Of a stretch of 31,568 bases of DNA, positions 17,408 to 31,315 are shown one piece after another. The stretch is from a virus (Duplodnaviria > Caudoviricetes): the IMG/VR virus record IMGVR_UViG_3300020161_002333, positions 1-31,568 of that record; one strand, written 5' to 3'. The notes under the pieces are model-generated. The model was given only the letters and a program-made list of their open reading frames with translations, was not told the origin of the DNA and did no database searches. Both the position numbers and the translations under genes were made by a program. How positions within the stretch are numbered: the stretch's first letter is position 1; every line of letters begins with the position of its first letter.

Positions 17408-18085
17408 TTACTTTTTATGTTGTTTAAAATAAAAAGTTCCATCATCTCGGTATATCCGTTTCATACCTTTTGTTGGACAAGGTGTCCCTGTTTTTGCATT
17501 AGACAATTTCAATTTCTGTTCATCAGTCCATTTATAACCTTTTGATCTACTTGGACTATTTGTAAGTATTTCTGATAATTTTCGTTTTGTTTCATCAGAG
17601 ACTGGTGCCGTCCGTCTATATGTTGAACGATCAGCACGTTTCATTTTTTGAATTGTTTCTTCTGAATGTTTCCTACCGATTTGGCTTGCTGAAATTTTCT
17701 TACAAGTATCAACTGATAGTGTTTTCCCTTTACACCAAGGTTCGGTTTTTCCAGATGAAAACTGTTCTTTTTTTATTTGACTCATTTTTAGTCTAACTTC
17801 AGAACTCTGCTTTCCACCTTGCCCAGCTTCTTCTTTAAGGTTTGCCCATTCATTACTTTCACAAACGTCCCATATAATAGAATAAAATAATCCCCAATTT
17901 CGTATATCAGTAATTGTTTCACATTGTGTTATGATAAAGGTAGATACATCAGTACCGTGCTTAGCTATATGTCGTTTCCAGTATTTCCCAGAACCCGGGT
18001 ATAAATTTACGTCAGGTTTTGAAGTTTGTCCAAGATAGTTTAGACCAGTTATATTGTGTGTTTTAGTATAAAGAGAGATAGTCAT
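17408..18085 (-). CDS. GIY-YIG-like (Seg-like) homing endonuclease with NUMOD3-type repeats
   Basis: SLYTKTH...YLGQT...YPGSG...WANL N-terminus and GRKHSEETIQKM repeats. The start is probably 18085 (alternative 18103). Confidence 0.8.
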   Translation of the reverse strand: MTISLYTKTHNITGLNYLGQTSKPDVNLYPGSGKYWKRHIAKHGTDVSTFIITQCETITDIRNWGLFYSIIWDVCESNEWANLKEEAGQGGKQSSEVRLKMSQIKKEQFSSGKTEPWCKGKTLSVDTCKKISASQIGRKHSEETIQKMKRADRSTYRRTAPVSDETKRKLSEILTNSPSRSKGYKWTDEQKLKLSNAKTGTPCPTKGMKRIYRDDGTFYFKQHKK

Positions 18086-18218
18086 AATGTTAGTATGATC
18101 CATATTTGACTAGTGTGGATTGTTGCCATAATTTTAATTCCCTTTAATTTATGCCTATATTGGACTTTCTTAATTTGCCTAAGTGTTGAACACCTTGTTC
18201 AACTTGTTTAGAGTACTT

Positions 18219-18247
18219 ATTATACTCTATATTATTTATCTTGTCAA
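18219..18247 (-). promoter_or_regulatory. consensus sigma70 promoter with a late promoter in its spacer
   Basis: TTGACA (18242-18247), 17 nt, TATAAT (18219-18224); GATAAATA at 18233-18240. Confidence 0.85.
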
Positions 18248-18307
18248 GAATAATTTTATTCTGAATTAGATAAAGAAATTGTTGTCTCAACCAATTAAGA
18301 TGTGTGT

Positions 18308-18336
18308 ATTATACCCTTAATTGGTTGAGATGTCAA
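18308..18336 (-). promoter_or_regulatory. consensus sigma70 promoter embedded in a 15-bp inverted repeat
   Basis: TTGACA (18331-18336), 17 nt, TATAAT (18308-18313); arms at 18285-18299 and 18316-18330. Confidence 0.85.
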
Positions 18337-18345
18337 TAATTTTTA

Positions 18346-19242
18346 TTACCTATGTGATAATTGAACAATTCTAGATAACGAGTTTTCTTGTTGGAAAGTT
18401 ACATGAGATGTATCTTTAACTTCTTGTAAATTGGTGTCTTCTGAGAAAATATCTCTAAATCTTGACATTTCTACATCGGTACTTTCTTTATAAGCATTTG
18501 GTTGAGCACTGCTTGATTGTGATGCAAAGTTTGGTGTAATAAATTGACTTGCAGAATTCATACCTTGTTGCATACCTTGCTGTGGCGCTGCAGCCGATGC
18601 TACCGATTGTTGTTGTGGAGATTTGAGAGCAGCCATATCAGATTGATATTGTTGCCAATCATTGGCCAATTCTGTTTGATCGGCAGGTGAGATTGCAGGT
18701 GAAGGTACAGGTGCATGATTAGCTTTTTTAGTTCCTACCATTTGGAAACCAGCAGGTGGTTTAATACCTTGATTTGTCAATGCTTGCATTGTTTTTGGAC
18801 CGATTAAACCATCCGGTGTTAATCCACTTGCTTGCTGAAATGCTTTAATTGCTGCTGGTGTAGATGGCCAAGCTGATTGAGCTGCTGATTGAGCTGCTGA
18901 TTGAGATGGCTGTCCTGCTTGTGCATATGATTGCTGCGCTTGCTGTGCGGAAGCAGTTGGATTTAATGGGTCTAACCCACCAGTTGTTGCACCTTGAACA
19001 ACTCCTCCTGCAAAATTCTTAACACCTTGCCAAGCATTACTAGCAGCATCAAGGGCACCTTGACCTAGCTGATATGCACCTCGTACTGGTGCTGTTGCAA
19101 CATTTGCAGCAGTTCTACCTGCTTGTCCGACAATATTTCCAGCTTGGGCGGCATCTTCTTGTTGTACTCCTTCTAACATATCAGTATAATCACGTAATGC
19201 TCTAACTGATTCCATTAATTCTTTTTCTGTAATTTTTTTCAT
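18346..19242 (-). CDS. Q/A-rich protein with a peptidoglycan-binding (PG_binding_1-like) domain
   Basis: AIKAFQQASGLTPDGLIGPKTMQAL motif; 12-bp repeat (SAAQ) at 18872-18905. Confidence 0.75.
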   Translation of the reverse strand: MKKITEKELMESVRALRDYTDMLEGVQQEDAAQAGNIVGQAGRTAANVATAPVRGAYQLGQGALDAASNAWQGVKNFAGGVVQGATTGGLDPLNPTASAQQAQQSYAQAGQPSQSAAQSAAQSAWPSTPAAIKAFQQASGLTPDGLIGPKTMQALTNQGIKPPAGFQMVGTKKANHAPVPSPAISPADQTELANDWQQYQSDMAALKSPQQQSVASAAAPQQGMQQGMNSASQFITPNFASQSSSAQPNAYKESTDVEMSRFRDIFSEDTNLQEVKDTSHVTFQQENSLSRIVQLSHR

Positions 19243-21383
19243 TATTTTAATCCTGCATTTTTCATAATTTGAGACAACTCACTTTCCATGTATGGTTGCT
19301 CTTTCATAACTTTTAAATTGTTTAAAAACCCATGTTCACGGGAATCAGTTGGCAATGCTGCATTGATATGTGATGATTCTTGGCTGGGGTCTTTTTTATC
19401 AATTAACATTAATACTTGTTTAACATCATGCTCATTTGCATTTGGACATTCACCATCTTCAAATGCTTTTACAATTTTAATTTTAGCACGAGTTCCACCA
19501 ATTGTGAAATTCTTTTCTTCTCTATTCCAAAATCCAGCGATTATTTTAAGTAGTTGATCAATTCCGCTCTCATGTGAATTTACGTGTTGAGTTTCTTCAT
19601 CTGCATATCCACATTCTTTTGGGTCTAATCCACATTCTTTGATTGCATCACGAATAGACATACCTTCAGAAAACTTAGTATCCAATGATGCACCGGCAGT
19701 TTTAGCTTTAATAAATTTAGCTTTCATTTTAGTTTTACTTTCTGCCATTGGCATTGGTGCAGCTGGCATCGGTGCAGGTGGCATTTGTGCAGCCATTTCA
19801 GGTGCAGGTGCAGGTGCTGGAGCAGCCATTTCAGGTGCAGGTGCAGGTGCTGGAGCAGGTTCTTGTGGAGGAACTTCTTCTCCACCAATATCTTCTGGAT
19901 TATCAATGAATAAATTTGGTAGTGAAGAAATAGTATCAATATGATACTCAAACATATAATCTTGAATTAAATTTCTTATAGCCTTATCTTCTGACTCTTT
20001 ATCATCAAATTCTATATTTCTTACAATATCTAAAATCTCATCATTATCTATGATTCCGTGCAATGCCATTGCACCACTTTCACCACCAGTTAGTTTAGTT
20101 GATAATAAATCATTAAGTCTTTCTAATTTAAGATTATCTTTTTGAAATTTAGATTCAACAATATTTTCTAAGATTGCTTCTATTTTTGTTTCTGGGCTAA
20201 TTGATTCACCAAATCTTTTTTTCCAGTCAGCTGAACGTTGATCCATTTCAGCATTTGCTTTTGAATGGCGTTCTTCTTTTTCTTTTTTACCTTTTTCCCA
20301 GTATTCAGTATCGCCGAATCCTGATTTTTTTAATTGTTTTTCTAATCCTTTTTTACCAAATGCTTCATCTAATAAATCATCTGGATTAAGTTCACGAATT
20401 GGTAGTTCATTAGTTTCAACTATATTATACAAGTATGGGAATACTGATTTCATTTCTTCATTGAAAGTACGTACAGTTAATCTATCCACCCAATCATTCA
20501 TAATATCTTCTGGAATCATTTGATCTACTTTCTCTTGAAATGATTCAACAAAACTTTCATAATAAGAACTACGCTGCAACTGTGTAATTTGTTTTTTAAC
20601 TTCTTCAATACGTTCTAATACTTTGTCGGTAACATTACCCATTGCTTCTGAAATTTGAATTTGACGACCAACATAATTTTTAAACTTACGTAGTTGAGCT
20701 AACTCTTCACTCAACCCAATAATATGTTTCCCAATAGAATCATATGGATTACCACCATGTTTAATATGTTCTGCTAATGCACGTGCACCATTTAAATGTT
20801 TTAATGGATATTTAAATCTTTCCCCATCTGCATTTTCAACATAAATGTGTCCAATATGCATAGATCTTGCACCAGAAATTTCTGGATTTATAGGTTGATT
20901 ATGTTTGACAACTAATCGTGCTTCTCCCAAGTCCTGGTAACTAATTCTGTTAGTACCAAACATTTTACTTTCCATCATTGGCGTTTCCTTTGATATTTCT
21001 TTTGGTTTTGCTTGAAACATATAATCTCTTTTATCCAAATTGCTTTTGCCAATATTTTGTACATCAAAATTAAGCAAACGATTTTTAGCAAATTTTCTAA
21101 ATGATCGTATGAATTTGTAGGCATCATGATACTGAGATGAAGTATCTTCCGATAAATCACCACTTACTAGAATAACAACTCCATCATCTTCGTCTAATGA
21201 AATCGCAATAGTTCCAAGCGGTTGCTCATGTTCTTCGTATTCGAATTCAAAAAATCGTGCCTTTGGGATGTCACTTTTTTTACTTAATACTTGTGCGTTC
21301 TCATCACCAATTTTAATGTTTGGGAATCTTGTTTGTATCTTACCATATAGGTCTTTTGCAACTTTGTCTAAATTATTGTCCAT
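19242..21383 (-). CDS. large late protein, probably virion/prohead-associated
   Basis: 713 aa from MDNNL, with TAAATA at 21388-21393; Pro/Ala linker encoded by two 33-bp repeats at 19789-19854. Confidence 0.7.
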   Translation of the reverse strand: MDNNLDKVAKDLYGKIQTRFPNIKIGDENAQVLSKKSDIPKARFFEFEYEEHEQPLGTIAISLDEDDGVVILVSGDLSEDTSSQYHDAYKFIRSFRKFAKNRLLNFDVQNIGKSNLDKRDYMFQAKPKEISKETPMMESKMFGTNRISYQDLGEARLVVKHNQPINPEISGARSMHIGHIYVENADGERFKYPLKHLNGARALAEHIKHGGNPYDSIGKHIIGLSEELAQLRKFKNYVGRQIQISEAMGNVTDKVLERIEEVKKQITQLQRSSYYESFVESFQEKVDQMIPEDIMNDWVDRLTVRTFNEEMKSVFPYLYNIVETNELPIRELNPDDLLDEAFGKKGLEKQLKKSGFGDTEYWEKGKKEKEERHSKANAEMDQRSADWKKRFGESISPETKIEAILENIVESKFQKDNLKLERLNDLLSTKLTGGESGAMALHGIIDNDEILDIVRNIEFDDKESEDKAIRNLIQDYMFEYHIDTISSLPNLFIDNPEDIGGEEVPPQEPAPAPAPAPEMAAPAPAPAPEMAAQMPPAPMPAAPMPMAESKTKMKAKFIKAKTAGASLDTKFSEGMSIRDAIKECGLDPKECGYADEETQHVNSHESGIDQLLKIIAGFWNREEKNFTIGGTRAKIKIVKAFEDGECPNANEHDVKQVLMLIDKKDPSQESSHINAALPTDSREHGFLNNLKVMKEQPYMESELSQIMKNAGLK

Positions 21384-22155
21384 GATATATTTATTAAAAA
21401 TTAGAGGAAACAAATATAGGTAGAGGTGCTTCCCAGTCCTCGTGCATTGATTCGATGCTTAATGTATCAAATACATTAGGATCCCATTCAGCTAAAACTA
21501 CGCTCATTCTTACTATAAGTAGAACCGCTGATACTAAATCATCATGCTGTCCTTGTTTTGCTTTAAAACTTACACCAAATGCAATGAATGCCTTGAGTTC
21601 ACTTATTAATGCTCTACTATTGATCAGCATTTTGTCTTCTTCAATTAAAAATTTTAATCTAGCACATGATGATATTTTATTACCAAATGTAGTATTAAAT
21701 CCTTTTCTGAATTTTTTCACATGTCCTTTTCTTAACGGTTCACTTAAAAACAATCCTGGGAATGTTTCTTCACCCAGGTTTTCAATAGTAACCAATGCAC
21801 TATCACCTACCGTATTGTTTTCAACTGACCAATAAATGCTATTAGTATTTTCCATACCAATTTCATCTTGTATGTATCTCAATACATCCCTTAATATTTT
21901 ACATTGTCCATGTATTGGTGTTAAATTATGTTGCCATTCAGCTACTTGGGTAAAACTTGGTAATTCAAATACCTGAACACCACCATAATCACCACCAGTT
22001 CCCAAACTTGGATCTAATGCAACCAAATATAAATGTCCAGCAGTTGGTTTTTTCCACCATCGCACTTGTCCCATCTTGAATAATGGTTCTCGTCCTAAAA
22101 GTTCTGATAATTTAATACTATTGACAAGTGTTTCATCATAAACTAAGAATTCGCA

Positions 22156-25334
<3,179 letters not shown>

Positions 25335-25595
25335 ATATAATAATGATATTGAAAGACCACGACCAGTAGTACCAGTAGTAGTTTGACTTATAATACGAGA
25401 TCCATTGTCGAATTCCATACTACCTTTATTATAACTTACTACACCTGCACGTAAGAAATCTGGGCATAATTCATATCCATATCTAATACGTTGCATAATC
25501 TCTTGGGCACCAGTAAATTTATGTGCTGCTACAAGAATTGTCTGATCCGGATGGAACATGGCATACCATAATAAATATGCAGACGCACATGTAGT

Positions 25596-26576
25596 ATTAT
25601 GTGTTGGTATCATCGTTTTACCACATAGAAACATATGACTATCATTGTCAACTTGAATACATCTTACTGGAACTGACGTTGTTTTAACTATTGATTTTAT
25701 ATATAACCTAGTATTTTTTGGATGACCTTTACATAACTTTTGTCTTTCTATTTTTCTTGATAACTTGAATACATCAAAAGATATAGTTGAAAATTTAATA
25801 GTGTAATAATCAACACCATTTATTATTTTAACAGAACATCTAGATTTGATGCCCAAAGATGACAAAATTTCTCTAACTTGAGATATTATATTATATTTTT
25901 TTTGATAAAACTCACAATTACCCTTTTTATTGCAACTACCATCGGTATCCATTAATCCACGTAATAATTCCAGTCGTTGTTCAATAGATGATCTTAAATA
26001 TTGTTCAGGTATATGTTTATTGTTTAATAACCCTAAGTTATTTAATTTAGTTCTTATCCCTATAATATTTCTTCGTTCGCTATTATCTGTATTATAAGAT
26101 GGGTTTGATACTTCAAACCCATCTTGTCTAATATGTTCTATTATTTCTATATTATCATTATTGCTTTGAACATATCTCCCATCACCTGAATAACCATCAC
26201 CAAGCCACAGTCCTAGAATATAAGGTGGTATTGGTAGCTCTTGATGGATATATTCAGATGGTTTTGATATGTTTATATAAAACCCCTGGTCAGAAGAATG
26301 TGTTTCTTTATATTCTTTTATTTGTTCAGTGGTTAAAATTTTTGGTCCTGTATTCCAATTTGAAGTTTCAACCTCCCATAAATGTTCAGCATCCGCTATA
26401 ATGATTTCACCATTATCAAATTCAACTTGATAACAAGTATGATTATTCATTATTTCAGTCGCAAAGGAAACAACCGTTCCCTTTCCATCAGGGCCCATAA
26501 TAATATCACCAACTTTAATATCACCCATTGTTGTCCAGCCAGTGGGGGTTGGAATAGGAGTATCTAAACTTAATGC
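25596..26576 (-). mobile_element. contiguous 327-aa class 3 (Ala1, WCT) intein with LAGLIDADG in the TerL Walker A
   Basis: Starts ALSLDT; has HLW, VRCIQV and PTHN|T; ILGLWLGDG and LRGLMDTDG. Confidence 0.92.
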
Positions 26577-26847
26577 TTTACCAGACTGTCTAGGCAACAT
26601 ATTGATATTAAATCGATTGTTATGATAACTATCCAATAATCCAAGTTGATATTGATATGGTTCAAATAATAACTTACCTTTTACAGGGTGTTGTATATGA
26701 AAAAAGTTTTTTGCAAAGTGAATATATCCATTAATAGGATCCATACACGCAAGCATATCTGAAATCTGTGTTTCAGTCCATTGTTGTTTTATGTGTGCTC
26801 GTTTTGTTAGAGCATTATCTACGTTTCTAGCCATAATCTTATTTACA

Positions 26848-26873
26848 TAAAAAAACGGGCATACACCCGTTTT
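26848..26873 (-). terminator. intrinsic terminator followed by the terminase late promoter
   Basis: AAAACGGGT-GTAT-GCCCGTTTTTTT on the minus strand; TAAATA at 26840-26845. Confidence 0.8.
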
Positions 26874-26894
26874 CTTTTATTTTTGTATTAAATC

Positions 26895-27500
26895 TTAACG
26901 ACTTTTTACTTCTTGATACAATTTATGTAAATTATTAAGTAATGATTCATTTACTGCCAATGGATTATCACCTGGATATTCTTTTTTTACTTGGGTTTTT
27001 GATTTATTTAAATCAGTACCAAGTGCAATAATAGAAGACAATGCAAATGTTTCTGGATCTGAACCATTAGGGGCTGAATTAGCGTAACTGTCATCAATTT
27101 CTTCATCGTCACCTGATGAAATCTCATTATCACCAAATGGCATGTCTATTTCAGGTGAACCAAACATAATCATATCATCCCCACCAGGTTCTTGATGTAT
27201 TTGAATTGGCTCATGTTCAGGTGTTGGCTCATGATCGATTCTAATTGGTTCAAGATGTGGTGTTGATGGCTCTCCGTGATCGGAATCTTTCGGGGTATCA
27301 ATATTTCTAAGAATATCCATTAAATCTCGTATCCCACCAGAGCCTTGACCAGTGATATTAATATTCATATTAACACTATCGTGTTGTTTTTCTGGCATTG
27401 GTGATTGGCCTTCCATATCACATCCACATTCACTAATTACTGATTCAGATACATTGTTATCTATATCAGCAAGTTTTTTATACAATTCTGTAAAATTCAT
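26895..27500 (-). CDS. acidic low-complexity hypothetical protein
   Basis: 201 aa with HEP/EPI repeats; late module. Confidence 0.7.
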   Translation of the reverse strand: MNFTELYKKLADIDNNVSESVISECGCDMEGQSPMPEKQHDSVNMNINITGQGSGGIRDLMDILRNIDTPKDSDHGEPSTPHLEPIRIDHEPTPEHEPIQIHQEPGGDDMIMFGSPEIDMPFGDNEISSGDDEEIDDSYANSAPNGSDPETFALSSIIALGTDLNKSKTQVKKEYPGDNPLAVNESLLNNLHKLYQEVKSR

Positions 27501-27502
27501 TA

Positions 27503-28120
27503 TTATTTTCCTATATCTGAAATGGTAGGTTTATCAATTTTTTTAGAGCCAATTGCACTGTTTGTACCAATAGTGTTATTTGCTTTTATAGATTTTTCTG
27601 TTGGTGATTTTTTAGCTAAGATAGAGTCATTAACACCTTTATATTGCTCACCTTGGTGTTTAGTTTTTCCAAGTTCTTTTAATAAACTCATAACATGTCT
27701 TTCACCAACGATATCTTGATTATTTTCTTTTTCATAATCAGTACCTAATAAAGCTTTACCAGATTTTTCATCATGTTGATGATTTAATTCATCTTCTTGG
27801 TCTTCTTTTAATGAACGAATTTTTATACAATCTTGCGGTAATCTTAATGCTTCTGCTACCAATGTATGAACTTGAATACTAGTAGCCGGATATGATAATA
27901 CCGCATCAAAAATGGTAACCCCAACATTTTGATGTAAAGGAAAATCTACTTGTGATTCTTGAATCGGTGTGCTTTTTCCTTCTGAAATTGATTCTACTTT
28001 AAATCTTTCTAGTGCTGTTTTTATTTTTTCAGCACACTCATTATCATGTGAACCAACGAGTTTTATTTTGAACTCGTATGTTTGTTTGTTTTCTATTAAA
28101 TATTCTTTAAATGATTTCAT
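27503..28120 (-). CDS. hypothetical late protein with a capsid-targeting-like N-terminus
   Basis: Starts MKSFKEYLIE; TAAATA at 28140-28145. Confidence 0.7.
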   Translation of the reverse strand: MKSFKEYLIENKQTYEFKIKLVGSHDNECAEKIKTALERFKVESISEGKSTPIQESQVDFPLHQNVGVTIFDAVLSYPATSIQVHTLVAEALRLPQDCIKIRSLKEDQEDELNHQHDEKSGKALLGTDYEKENNQDIVGERHVMSLLKELGKTKHQGEQYKGVNDSILAKKSPTEKSIKANNTIGTNSAIGSKKIDKPTISDIGK

Positions 28121-28142
28121 ATTTGTAATCCTAATAGTGTAT

Positions 28143-28622
28143 TTATTTCATATTCTTTAATTTTTCAATTAGACTATTTCTATCAGTCACCATGAAACCT
28201 TCACCTTGAATACTAATACCCTTATCCTCTGTGCCAACATCATTATCCAATTTTTGTTTTTTAAGTTGGAGTTCGATCATTTTTAACTTTTTATCAATTT
28301 TCGCTGATTTGGCATCAATTGCGTTTTTAAGCATTCCGCCAGCAACTTCAAAAATCCTAGCAGAATATCGTGCTTCAACATTCATACCTAAATCCATTAG
28401 GTCATCATATGCATCAGTAGCTCGTTGTGCTAATGAATCAAATTCTTCATCACTAACATCTCCAAGCCCAGTAACTTTTGGTAGTGCTGATGAAATTTTA
28501 TCAAACTCATCCATACTTCTAAAGTTTCTAGGTGCTGTTTTAATTGGTTTTTTCTTTTCTTCCTGTTTAGTAATTTCTTTACTAGACGGTAAATTTAATA
28601 TTTCTTCTAATTTTCGAGACAT
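28143..28622 (-). CDS. putative terminase small subunit (gp16-like)
   Basis: Helical 159-aa protein with ARIFEVA and TDRNSLIEKL, upstream of TerL. Confidence 0.55.
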   Translation of the reverse strand: MSRKLEEILNLPSSKEITKQEEKKKPIKTAPRNFRSMDEFDKISSALPKVTGLGDVSDEEFDSLAQRATDAYDDLMDLGMNVEARYSARIFEVAGGMLKNAIDAKSAKIDKKLKMIELQLKKQKLDNDVGTEDKGISIQGEGFMVTDRNSLIEKLKNMK

Positions 28623-28637
28623 TTTTGTTCCTTTGTA

Positions 28638-29078
28638 TTACTTAGCTTTTCCGTTGTGGAACAAATCATTTTCATTTAATACCCTAAATCTAATTCCTTG
28701 CTGTTTGCACCATGATTGTGCTGCTTGCCATTTTGCTTGGTTCTTTATGTATTGTTTTTGATTATGCACACTTTTACCAACTTTCTCAAGTAATTGTTGT
28801 TTAGATGGTTTAATTTCTATTAATTCTACATTTAATTTATTATTTTTATCAAGGTATTGGATGAAAAAATCTGGAACATATATCGTATTTCTATTTGTTA
28901 ACGGATCTTTATATGGAATGCTAATAGCTTCACTCGCCCATTTTTGGATACTAGGACTAGTATCACAAAACATACAAAAATTCAATTCCCATGAGCTACG
29001 ATAATATGGTACTTTAAGACCAATATATTTCTGTGGGTTTTTCATCGTAAATTTACCTTTAGCAAAATTATGAGCCAT
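28638..29078 (-). CDS. 4: gp4-like head completion nuclease
   Basis: KNPQKYIG, YRSSWE, WASE, YVPDF, IEIKP, NQAKW. Confidence 0.88.
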   Translation of the reverse strand: MAHNFAKGKFTMKNPQKYIGLKVPYYRSSWELNFCMFCDTSPSIQKWASEAISIPYKDPLTNRNTIYVPDFFIQYLDKNNKLNVELIEIKPSKQQLLEKVGKSVHNQKQYIKNQAKWQAAQSWCKQQGIRFRVLNENDLFHNGKAK

Positions 29079-29814
29079 GTCTTTCTTCCATTGCTTTTTT
29101 GGATTTCATACCAACATATCTAATATTTTTCAATTTATCAAATTCTTTTTTATCTATTCTTATAACAACTTTTAATATCAAATCGTATGCTGCTACTTTA
29201 CCTTTCCTATCAGCTGACATTTTTTCAAAGGTAATCTGTTTTTTTACATCACTTCTCGTTTGTTTAATATTACTCATGTGTTGCTTCGTTTCTACCGAAT
29301 GTTTTGCTCCAAGAAATGCGGTTCGATTCTTAGCTGCATGCTCAGGCGATTTTGGTTGGCACATTCGTTGTTTTGTCTCGGTGGACTTTGGCCGCCCTTT
29401 CAATGCGATTGAGAGTTTATTTCGTGTTTCAATACTCATTGTTCGTCCGGTATTTGCAGCACTTATTTTAAGCCGTGTTTCTTCCGTTACTGCATTCTTT
29501 TTAAATCTTTTATTCCCTCGTTGATTTCTAGCTCCATTTAATAACAATGGGTTATCCCAATGTTCGCATATTAATTCTTGCTCAAAATCATATGCATCAT
29601 TACCAGTTTGAAATTCTGCGAGAATTTTCCATGTAAATTCTTCAAATCGAGGTTTTACTTTTTTAGACGAAGTTCTATATTTTGGTAAATCAATATCAGA
29701 GGTTATTCCTAATTTAATATTTTTTTCACGATATCCGATATAAAATTCGTTTGTTATTTTATGAACGCACATATAAACATATGGTGCAACTTTAGTTGAT
29801 TGATAAATATTCAT
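29068..29814 (-). CDS. GIY-YIG homing endonuclease with NUMOD3-type repeats
   Basis: YVY...FYIGYR...YRTSS; ETRLKIS, ETRNKLS and KHSVETK repeats. Start at 29814 after AAGGAG. Confidence 0.85.
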   Translation of the reverse strand: MNIYQSTKVAPYVYMCVHKITNEFYIGYREKNIKLGITSDIDLPKYRTSSKKVKPRFEEFTWKILAEFQTGNDAYDFEQELICEHWDNPLLLNGARNQRGNKRFKKNAVTEETRLKISAANTGRTMSIETRNKLSIALKGRPKSTETKQRMCQPKSPEHAAKNRTAFLGAKHSVETKQHMSNIKQTRSDVKKQITFEKMSADRKGKVAAYDLILKVVIRIDKKEFDKLKNIRYVGMKSKKAMEERHGS

Positions 29815-29882
29815 GTTGATACTCCTTGAAAGTATTAAAGTAGTTGGGAATTCCACTTCCGCGAACTACATCCTTATTTATC
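29800..29882 (-). promoter_or_regulatory. conserved endonuclease leader, copy B
   Basis: 72/83 identical to 1114-1196. Confidence 0.8.
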
Positions 29883-29886
29883 ATAA

Positions 29887-30255
29887 TCATATTAATATAT
29901 TCCTTGTTTCATATGTATCAACAACTGGTGCTATTCTATACCCAAGTAAGCTTATTTTTTCTCTATATGCATTTAATACTTGTGCAACAACTTGACTAAG
30001 CTGAACATCTGTCAAATGTTTCAATGTATCAATTAATTCAAAAACATTTACGTTATCAATTCTTGCCTGATTTAAAAGTACTATGGCAGTAGATCTTGCA
30101 CTTTCTAAATCAAAATCATGCCGTAAAAAGAATCCAACTACTGCATCGATTTGATTACTTGGAAAACTAATTTGATTAACAAAAAATTTATCAAAAAATT
30201 GTTTTACTTCAGTTGAACTATCTGTATTTGGTATGGTTGGTAAATTTATTTCCAT
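29887..30255 (-). CDS. hypothetical protein
   Basis: 122-aa ORF in the late operon. Confidence 0.75.
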   Translation of the reverse strand: MEINLPTIPNTDSSTEVKQFFDKFFVNQISFPSNQIDAVVGFFLRHDFDLESARSTAIVLLNQARIDNVNVFELIDTLKHLTDVQLSQVVAQVLNAYREKISLLGYRIAPVVDTYETRNILI

Positions 30256-30260
30256 GTTAG

Positions 30261-31277
30261 TTACCTAAATTTAACTGGGGTGGCTTCAATACTTGTCGAT
30301 GCTGGTGATGGTACTGGGAATGCAATTCCTTGTAATCCACTAACACCTTGTGTAATCCCAGATATTATATTAGCTATTGAATTTCCAGCAGCTGTTTTAT
30401 TTAATAATTGTGTGTTTTGATAAGTATTAATTTGTAATGTTGTTGTATTGGCTATCTCATTAGTATTATTACTTATCCCAGTTGAATTAACAAATGACGG
30501 GCTTGCAGTTGTTGATATATTTGATTCATATACAGGCGCAGTTAATTTACTTAATGGTGATGGTGTAGTATCATAATGTTCTCCCCCAAATCCTTCAACA
30601 GTCTCCGGTGATACAATCCCTGAATCATATGATACAGCTTCATATGCCAATGACATTGAAAATTCAGATAATTCATCGCCGTTATATGCCAATGCAGATG
30701 CAGATTGCCAACTAACAATCATTGGATTTATTAATGTACAACTAACATATTCATGTCTTGCCATTTGATATATTTTTATATAAGTGAAAAATGGACTAGT
30801 GCTACCATTATCTAAACCATAATTACCATTTATGAAATTTGAACTTCTGGTAGCATTTCTATTAAATGCATTATTACCAGCGGAAACAGGATCAGCATAG
30901 TAATAACTATAGTAATTTTGCCATAACTGATTGATAATTCCCATATTATCATCATGAAATACTATGTTTATGTTTTCAAATTTATGTTGATATTGTACTA
31001 CTTTTTTTCTATTATATTGATTTAATGTTTCTGTATTAATAGTAAATTTAGGTAAATCAACACTTTTTACTAACATATTAATTTCATTCCGATGACGTTG
31101 AACTAAATCAATATTCTTCAATGCTGATGGATTTATTCCAAATGAAACATGAAACGAGAATTTCTGTTTTGGAGATAATCTAAATTGGTCATTAACAAAC
31201 AAACGGCTGGCAGTCTGTGAGTTTCTAAGCCATAAAGTTGGGTCTGATTGTAGTTGATTATTAGGTGTAAATGACAT
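30261..31277 (-). CDS. tail tube-fold protein (gp19/gp54-like) with an S/T/N-rich extension
   Basis: VKSVDLP, INIVFHDD, IKIYQ, LINP and SLAYE pattern; TAAATA at 31283-31288. Confidence 0.65.
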   Translation of the reverse strand: MSFTPNNQLQSDPTLWLRNSQTASRLFVNDQFRLSPKQKFSFHVSFGINPSALKNIDLVQRHRNEINMLVKSVDLPKFTINTETLNQYNRKKVVQYQHKFENINIVFHDDNMGIINQLWQNYYSYYYADPVSAGNNAFNRNATRSSNFINGNYGLDNGSTSPFFTYIKIYQMARHEYVSCTLINPMIVSWQSASALAYNGDELSEFSMSLAYEAVSYDSGIVSPETVEGFGGEHYDTTPSPLSKLTAPVYESNISTTASPSFVNSTGISNNTNEIANTTTLQINTYQNTQLLNKTAAGNSIANIISGITQGVSGLQGIAFPVPSPASTSIEATPVKFR

Positions 31278-31315
31278 ACTATTATTTATGCATAATAATA
31301 TACATGTTTAATGGC

